Shown piece after piece: positions 17,954 to 23,462 of a stretch of DNA of 23,462 bases; within the stretch, counting starts at the first letter, position 1; the number at the start of each line of letters is the position of its first letter. The stretch is from NCBI GenBank assembly GCA_046757665.1, contig JBHHYO010000041.1:1-23462 (forward strand), read 5' to 3'. This stretch comes from Nitrospinales bacterium. GTDB taxonomy: Bacteria; Nitrospinota; Nitrospinia; Nitrospinales; JAJDAT01. The notes beneath the pieces were generated by a model. That model saw nothing but the letters and a program-made list of their open reading frames with translations. It had not been told where the DNA came from and searched no databases. Made by a program: the position numbers and the translations under genes.

Positions 17954-19233
17954 GACGCAAGCCATGGCTCGTATTTCTCTCATTTTTTATTACTTTAAAC
18001 ACGTTGTTCTTTTACGGTTTCGTCCGTGACGGTACATGGCTGGTCATCGCTCTTTTGCTCATACCCGTTTATTACCGTGTCGGTTACGTTAATTTTTTTA
18101 TCGGTTCCCTGGCCTTTCTGGGAATCACTCTGGCGCTGATTTTGGTTTTCCGGCTGGGATTCCATGACAAAATTTATTCGCAGGCCCAGCAAATGCTCCT
18201 CACATCTGACAGTGACGGGCGGCTGATTTACAAAAAAAATTCACGTGTCGAGTTGATGCGCCGTCACGGCGACCTCAAGGGTCTTGCGGATGAGGATGAC
18301 AAATTCGATGCCCAGCCGCACCGGGTGAAATTTCGCGTGGATTCGTTTGGGTTCCGCAACGATACGGACTACAACAATGAAAAATACGTTCTCGTCGGCG
18401 ACTCCTTTATTGCCGGGGCCAACAACAGCCAGGAAGATATTTTCAGCTCGCAGATCAGAAGAAAATACCGGGTCAAGGCATACAATCTGGCGATCCAGGG
18501 GGACATTCCGGACTATGTTTACAACGTCAAAAAATTCGAGCGAAAATACGGCGGCAACTTCAAAGTCCTGTTGTTCGTGTTCGAGGGGAACGATTTCGAG
18601 TCCGTCAAAAAGCAAAGCGCCTACGGCTCCGTAAGAAACTTCAAACGGTTCTACAAAAAGTATCTGAGAATTTATAAACGTTTTTTCAAGGAAACGGATC
18701 TTTACCGCTATACGTTTATCGCTTACAAATCGCTGACGAAAAAGAAAAAGGAGGCCAACCGCGTCACGGAACTGAAAATTAAAAATCATCGCATCGCGGT
18801 ATTCAACGATTATCTTCGGGTGACGCAGAGGCGGGCTCACCCGTTTCCGGAAGATGGCCTTGCGGAGAGCATCCGCTCCATCCGCCCGCGGCTTGCGGCC
18901 ATCATTTTTATTCCGGCGAAATACCGGGTGTATTACGGCCTGATGGAACCGCGGCCCGTTCTTCCATTGCCCCACGCCCAATGGGAGCACATCCGGAGCA
19001 TCGCCGAAAGGCTGGCCGTCCGGGCCGTAGATTTGACGCAACCGCTGGCGCAGGAATCGAAGCGACTGCTCATTGAAAAGAATGAATTGACCTATTGGGC
19101 GGACGACACTCACTGGAATGCCAACGGCATTTCCGTCGCCGTCGATGAAGTTTGCCGGGCGCTGAAGGAGCTGAAATGCTCGCCGCTGGATGCCCCTCCT
19201 GCGAATCGAGCGACTCCGCTTATGAACGGTTAA
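17950..19233 (+). CDS. Membrane-anchored SGNH-type protein, AlgX/AlgJ-like (putative polysaccharide O-acetyltransferase or esterase)
   Basis: N-terminal TM segments. D..GFRN, block I VGDSF, EGND, FIP.K and the C-terminal DTHWN..G (DxH) motif. Confidence 0.75.
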   Translation: MRRKPWLVFLSFFITLNTLFFYGFVRDGTWLVIALLLIPVYYRVGYVNFFIGSLAFLGITLALILVFRLGFHDKIYSQAQQMLLTSDSDGRLIYKKNSRVELMRRHGDLKGLADEDDKFDAQPHRVKFRVDSFGFRNDTDYNNEKYVLVGDSFIAGANNSQEDIFSSQIRRKYRVKAYNLAIQGDIPDYVYNVKKFERKYGGNFKVLLFVFEGNDFESVKKQSAYGSVRNFKRFYKKYLRIYKRFFKETDLYRYTFIAYKSLTKKKKEANRVTELKIKNHRIAVFNDYLRVTQRRAHPFPEDGLAESIRSIRPRLAAIIFIPAKYRVYYGLMEPRPVLPLPHAQWEHIRSIAERLAVRAVDLTQPLAQESKRLLIEKNELTYWADDTHWNANGISVAVDEVCRALKELKCSPLDAPPANRATPLMNG

Positions 19234-19351
19234 AAAACTTTTACTATTGCTGATTTTATGGTAGAAAAGCAGAGCTGTGCGTTGCGCAACGGGCAGTTCA
19301 GGGATGTCCCCGCGTGAAGATCAACTCCCTGAGAAAAGGAGGTGATCCCCT

Positions 19352-19396
19352 ATGTCTAATGGATGTATTAAGGGAGCTTCCGGAGCAACTTGTTAA
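19352..19396 (+). CDS. 14-aa small ORF MSNGCIKGASGATC
   Basis: ATG lies 9 nt after the GGAGG of a maximal SD. In-frame TAA at 19394-19396. No homology evidence available. Confidence 0.4.
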   Translation: MSNGCIKGASGATC

Positions 19397-19427
19397 CGCC
19401 AGGTAAACCGAAGCTCCTTTAGCACCG

Positions 19428-19457
19428 AAAAGGCTCCACGACAGTGGAGCCTTTTTT
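19428..19457 (+). terminator. Rho-independent terminator
   Basis: AAAAGGCTCCAC-GACA-GTGGAGCCTTTTTT. Confidence 0.88.
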
Positions 19458-19489
19458 GCTAAACCCGGATGCGCCGCTCGAAGTCCGGC

Positions 19490-19523
19490 TTGACTTGACG
19501 GCGCAAATTCATCAAACTTTAAT
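19490..19523 (+). promoter_or_regulatory. Shared promoter-like motif, copy B
   Basis: TTGACT-tgacggcgc-AAATTCAT-CAAACT (19490-19518). An overlapping TTGACG-N17-TTTAAT is also possible. Confidence 0.55.
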
Positions 19524-19556
19524 CCACCATCAATAACCTGTACTTGCCTTTCGCCA

Positions 19557-20303
19557 ATGGAATTTGAAACTTTCGATTTTGTCAAGGACTATCCCCTGCT
19601 CACCGGAGCCTGCGCAACCCTTTATCTGTGGCTTATTTACAGTATCAATAAAAAACGCGCCGAGGCACGAAAATCCAATCCCGAACTGGAAGCAAAGCTG
19701 GACAAGGCCAACCGGTTGCTGGAGAGCAATTCCGTACGCGACGCGCTGGGCAAATACCATGAACTGCTGAAATGCCTTTCGCGAGACGAGGAACCGGACC
19801 TCTACGGCAAAATCAAAAACAACATGGGTGTCGCCTACTTTTATCTGTCACTGGAAAGCAACAAGAAACTCAACCTCAACAAAGCGCTGGACGCCTACAT
19901 GGAAGCGTTGCAAGCGAGGAAATCCGACAAGATGCCCGTTGACCATGCGATGACCCAAAACAACATCGGCACCACCTACCGGGCGCTCTCCGACGTGGGA
20001 AACCGGGAGAGAAATCTCGAACGATCCATCGCCGCACATAATGACGCCTTAAAAATTTTCCGAAAGAAAAAATTTCCCATTGCCCACGCCACAACCAAAA
20101 ACTACCTTGGGCTGTCCTACGCCAGCCTGTCGGAGATTCGCGATCCGGAAGAGTACCTGGACAAAGCCGTTACGGTGCATAAAGAGGCCTTGAAAATATT
20201 TGAAAAGGAAAAGCAGTTCGAAGAATGTGAAAACGTGAAAATCAATTTAGAGAAAGTCAGTCAGACCCTTTCGGCAACCCGGGAGAAAAAAGCCGTCCCG
20301 TAA
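19557..20303 (+). CDS. Membrane-anchored tetratricopeptide-repeat protein
   Basis: One N-terminal TM segment. Repeated ~47-aa units of the form (A.T)xN(N/Y)xGxxY..LS......L..A...(Y/H).(E/D)AL. Confidence 0.85.
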   Translation: MEFETFDFVKDYPLLTGACATLYLWLIYSINKKRAEARKSNPELEAKLDKANRLLESNSVRDALGKYHELLKCLSRDEEPDLYGKIKNNMGVAYFYLSLESNKKLNLNKALDAYMEALQARKSDKMPVDHAMTQNNIGTTYRALSDVGNRERNLERSIAAHNDALKIFRKKKFPIAHATTKNYLGLSYASLSEIRDPEEYLDKAVTVHKEALKIFEKEKQFEECENVKINLEKVSQTLSATREKKAVP

Positions 20304-20415
20304 ACCGGATTTTTCTCAAGGCGTTCTCCGTCACCGGTCGCCCGCAGGGTTAACTCGGGAGCGGCTATCGATCAACCCGGCCCGTGAGGCCTGCAACTGA
20401 GAAAACGGACTCAAG

Positions 20416-21196
20416 ATGAAACCTTTTTTTTTTTACAATAGCGATTCTTCTGGGCTTGCATGCCGGCCTTCCGGCTTTTTCAAGCGCCGGTACAGATATC
20501 AAGAAATATGAACAAGCCGTCCGTAACCATCCCGGCAACGCCAAATCGCACCTCGCCCTGTCCCGCGCTTATCGAAAAGTCGGACGATACCAGGAATCCC
20601 TTTCGGAACTGATACAAGCGTTACGGATCAGTCCGAAACAAGAGATCGCCGCGCGCGAGCGGGCAGTTAAAAAAAGTCCCAAAAGCGTCAAGGCCCACAC
20701 CGCACTGGGCGCCGCTTATCTGGGTCTTAAGGAATATAAAAAGGCTATACGATCCCTGGAGGCCGCCTTAAAACTCAAGCCGAAAAATATTGAAGCGCGC
20801 CTGTACCTCGGAATAACCTATCGCAAACTCAAGCAATACACAAAAGCCATCAACGAATTCAAAACCGCCATAAAAATCGATCCCGACAATACCGAGTCGC
20901 ATTATATCCTCGGGCTTTCCTACCGCCTGCTCAAACGTCACAAGGAATCTATCCGGGAACTGAAGGAGGTTCTGCGGATCAAGCCCAAGGAGGCCGAAGC
21001 TTATTATTATATTGGCAAGGCATACCAGAAACTCGAACAATACAAAAAAGCCGTCGCGCCATTAAAAAAAGCCACAGAACTCCGGAAAGGATTTGTCGAC
21101 GCGCACTATGCGCTGGGAATCATCTATCGGAAACTCGGAAAGGACAAGGAGTCCGCCGACGAATTTGAAAAGGCCATGCTTGCGATTGCCGACTGA
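20416..21196 (+). CDS. Secreted TPR protein, frameshifted at a T11 tract (phase-variable, pseudogene or sequencing error)
   Basis: TPR repeats at 20456-21196. ATG 20416 joins this frame only if the T run at 20424-20434 has 10 T, giving signal peptide MKPFFFTIAILLGLHAGLPAFSSA. Confidence 0.8.
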
Positions 21197-21243
21197 CATC
21201 AAGTGTTGAACTTTTTTCACAACGCGAATGGCCAGGGTGGACG

Positions 21244-22326
21244 TTACTTTTTCCCAGGTTGAGCATAAAACGCTCCCGTTGGAGTTTTAAGAAAAGTGTC
21301 CAGGGGAATTTCTTCCTGCTTGATAAACCCGCGCCCCGGTAGATGACCCGCGGCAACCATATCCAGAACGGCGCAAACGGAAGCCGCGGTTGTCCATGAA
21401 ATCGCTTTCCACATGCGGCCCTTGATCCGCAAGGGGTAATAACTGCGGACAAATTCTTCCCGGCACAGGGTGTTCCGTTGCCACCCTTCCACCGCCGCGT
21501 GAACATAAACCACATCCTCATTGACCGGCGGCTTGGCATTGACGAGAATTTTCCCCGCCTGCTTGCGGTCGTTTTTCATGAGGAGTTCATTGAAAAAAAA
21601 CCGCATCAACTGGCAATGACCCGGGTAACGAATGGTTTTGTAATTCAGCTTGGTCACTTTTCCCGAGAAAGTTTCGCACATGGTTCCCAAGCCGCCGGAG
21701 GTCGTAAACGCCTCCAGTTGCACCCCGTCAATGACAATGGTCTCCAATCCTTCCATTGAAGTGACCTTGGCGACTTTACCGTCCTTGATCACTTCACAGT
21801 CATTCAGGTACTCATTCACCACACCCTCGGGAGACCAGTTGAAGGCGTAGCCCAGCAAACCGCGCGGATGTTGCGGCAAAGCCCCTACGCGCAACTCGAT
21901 ACTACGCAGTTTGTCAAATCGTTTCGCCGGGTCAGCGCCGGCAATCCCGATAAAGCCGGGTGCCAGGCCGCACTGCGGCGCCATGACCCCCTTCGCGGTT
22001 TTTGCCAGTTTGAGAACCGCCTTGGTAGTGGCGACATCCTCGGTAAGATCAAAATAATGCCGTCCCGCATCATGCGCCGCCCGGGCAATGCCCAGGTTCA
22101 AATGATAAGGAAGACAAGTCACCACCGCGTCATGATCTTTAATGGCGGACCGGACGACTTTCGTATCGCTCACATCGCCGGTCACCAATTTAAACGGCGT
22201 ATCTCTTTCCGTCCGCGCCATCGCGGTTACGCGGAACTTATTGTTGTGTAAAAGTGCGGCAACGAGTCCACCCACTTTGCCCAGACCAACCACCAGAACC
22301 GATTTGATTTTTTTCTTGCTCATCAT
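21244..22326 (-). CDS. Saccharopine dehydrogenase-family protein (lysine 6-dehydrogenase-like)
   Basis: Rossmann GLGKVG, HYFDLTEDV, PQCGLAPG, VGALP, W S.EG..NEY, EAF.TSGG and YKTIRYPGH. Confidence 0.88.
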   Translation of the reverse strand: MMSKKKIKSVLVVGLGKVGGLVAALLHNNKFRVTAMARTERDTPFKLVTGDVSDTKVVRSAIKDHDAVVTCLPYHLNLGIARAAHDAGRHYFDLTEDVATTKAVLKLAKTAKGVMAPQCGLAPGFIGIAGADPAKRFDKLRSIELRVGALPQHPRGLLGYAFNWSPEGVVNEYLNDCEVIKDGKVAKVTSMEGLETIVIDGVQLEAFTTSGGLGTMCETFSGKVTKLNYKTIRYPGHCQLMRFFFNELLMKNDRKQAGKILVNAKPPVNEDVVYVHAAVEGWQRNTLCREEFVRSYYPLRIKGRMWKAISWTTAASVCAVLDMVAAGHLPGRGFIKQEEIPLDTFLKTPTGAFYAQPGKK

Positions 22327-22389
22327 CAATCCATCAAAACGTTTGCGGCAGGGAAAAAGCAGGAGAAACGACCCAAAAGGAAGGTGTGG

Positions 22390-22546
22390 GGCTTGCGAAA
22401 GAATCTAAAACCACGATGTCACCCGAGCCCTTCAACGGGTTCAGGACAGGCTCTGTCGAAGCACGAACCCTATCCAAAGAGTTCGCCACCCTTTGACAAA
22501 CTCGGGGTGACGAGCCATGACACTCAAAAGACTTTTTCAGCAATCC
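22390..22546. mobile_element. Degenerate MITE-like element enclosing REP-like hairpins
   Basis: Inner TGTCACCCGAGCCCTTC...CACCCTTTGACAAACTCGGGGTGAC (22417-22511) resembles the CTTCGACAAGCTCAG family. Outer GGCTTGCGAAAGAATC and GACTTTTTCAGCAATCC are loose inverted ends. Confidence 0.5.
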
Positions 22547-22547
22547 G

Positions 22548-22766
22548 TCAGTTGTAATTTTGCCGGATCAAATACTCCGGCAAAGTCCATTCCACCGTAT
22601 CAGTGTCGATATTGTAATGACCCAAGGCGCCACAATATGAGCAATGCTCAATGCCGTTGTCATAATCAATGGTCACCGACCCGCTTTTATGGTCGCAAAA
22701 TTTTCTCTTTTTTTCAGCTGGGTCATCCTCGTTATACCAGCCCTTGGGTCTCGGCAAGTCTTTCAT
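22548..22766 (-). CDS. Small putative Zn-finger-like protein (C-x-H...C-x2-C)
   Basis: AAGGAG SD 7 nt before the ATG. FCDH...HCSYCG. 72 aa. Confidence 0.65.
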   Translation of the reverse strand: MKDLPRPKGWYNEDDPAEKKRKFCDHKSGSVTIDYDNGIEHCSYCGALGHYNIDTDTVEWTLPEYLIRQNYN

Positions 22767-22982
22767 GAGCGATCTCCTTTACTCAGCGATGAAAGAAAAC
22801 TTTAAATTTGATCTGAGTTGGAAGCTATTAAACCCACCCTTTATTATCAAATCGGACCGCAGGCAAGTCAAGTTGAATGAGCAATCGCCGCACCGGCAAA
22901 CATCATTAAGAAGAATTTCCGTCGCGTTGATAAAACCTTTGGGAGCAATTTTCTCTATTTCGTGGAGTTGCGCTGATAGCAC

Positions 22983-23011
22983 TTGACTTCCCGGTGTAAT
23001 TTTATCAAAGT
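22983..23011 (+). promoter_or_regulatory. Shared promoter-like motif, copy C
   Basis: TTGACT-tcccggtgt-AATTTTAT-CAAAGT upstream of ATG 23066. Confidence 0.55.
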
Positions 23012-23065
23012 AGAGAATCAGAACCCATACATAAATCAGGATCTAACTTTGCAAAACATCATTTC

Positions 23066-23437
23066 ATGAGCCCCGAAACGAGCAACCCCGTAAAATTTAT
23101 TATAATCGCGCTACTTGCAATCGTTGTTATTTGGCCGGGCCATGCAAGCATTGCGCTGGGCGCCTCTTCCGAAACCATCCGGACGATTGACCTGCAAGCC
23201 CAAAACAAGGTTTTGTCCCCCACAGTAGAATCAGTGCCGTTTGTTCAAGTATCCGACCCAAATTCGAGCCAATCAACGAAAGTCTCCGATAAAAAGCAAG
23301 TAAAAGCCTGCAAAAAGAGCTGTAAGCAAAAAGGTAAAAAATGCGAACGGCGATGCTTTACGACCACTGTTATGAGGGGATTTTGCATGGAAACTTGCAA
23401 AAATGATCGGCGAATTTGCATGGAAAAATGCGAATAA
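23066..23437 (+). CDS. Secreted protein with a C-terminal 8-Cys CX3C-repeat domain
   Basis: Signal-like N-terminus, Ser/Thr/Pro-rich linker, then C-x3-C-x6-C-x3-C-x9-C-x3-C-x6-C-x3-C. Confidence 0.7.
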   Translation: MSPETSNPVKFIIIALLAIVVIWPGHASIALGASSETIRTIDLQAQNKVLSPTVESVPFVQVSDPNSSQSTKVSDKKQVKACKKSCKQKGKKCERRCFTTTVMRGFCMETCKNDRRICMEKCE

Positions 23438-23462
23438 ACCGATAACATCACAACAAACTTTT

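Larger units (their letters stand above)
19270..19457 (+). ncRNA. Candidate structured small RNA or sORF mRNA with an extended anti-16S sequence
   Basis: Upstream TTTACT-N16-TAGAAA with extended TG. Four consecutive hairpins. AAAGGAGGTGATCC at 19335-19348. Ends in an intrinsic terminator. Confidence 0.55.

Noticed and set aside
19335-19348. 16S rRNA gene fragment on the minus strand
   Set aside because: The match stops after GATCC and does not continue as 16S sequence. It is followed by an ATG, consistent with an extended SD.
19359-19406. Alternative sORF MDVLRELPEQLVNAR
   Set aside because: Its ATG is 16 nt from GGAGG, too far for that SD. Not fully excluded without Ribo-seq.
22330-22545. 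Lysine riboswitch upstream of the lysine/saccharopine dehydrogenase
   Set aside because: No recognisable L-box core. The region is mostly occupied by a repeat element.
22779-22982. 67-aa minus-strand ORF
   Set aside because: GTG start without an SD, and it lies in a divergent promoter region. No motif support.

Overview
Bacterial chromosomal window of moderately high GC. Gene content and style suggest a Nitrospinota-like or related diderm, but this is inference only. In order it holds: a secreted beta-propeller-like protein with an Asp/Glu/His tail; truA; a divergent Mrp/ApbC ATPase coupled to a CxxC-CxxC/PCP_red-domain protein; a ~1.9-kb island of toxin-antitoxin cassettes separated by REP/MITE-like repeats; a DUF971 gene and a second (DUF59-type) Mrp, together resembling a split HCF101; a PepSY/membrane protein/OmpR-family regulator/histidine kinase unit; a parC-parE-like topoisomerase pair in A-before-B order; a ~350-bp nested inverted-repeat element; yqeY; DUF4864; a small lipoprotein and an AlgJ/AlgX-like SGNH protein; two TPR genes (one broken by a T11 tract); a saccharopine/lysine dehydrogenase; and two small Cys-rich proteins. 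The best non-obvious signals are: (1) a self-contained ~190-nt structured unit at 19270-19457 with a 14-nt perfect complement of the 16S rRNA 3' end, a 14-codon ORF and its own terminator; (2) a shared TTGACW-N17-CAAAST motif upstream of three exported-protein genes; (3) the two-Mrp Fe-S locus; (4) the nested repeat family. No rRNA, tRNA, CRISPR array or intact transposase was seen.
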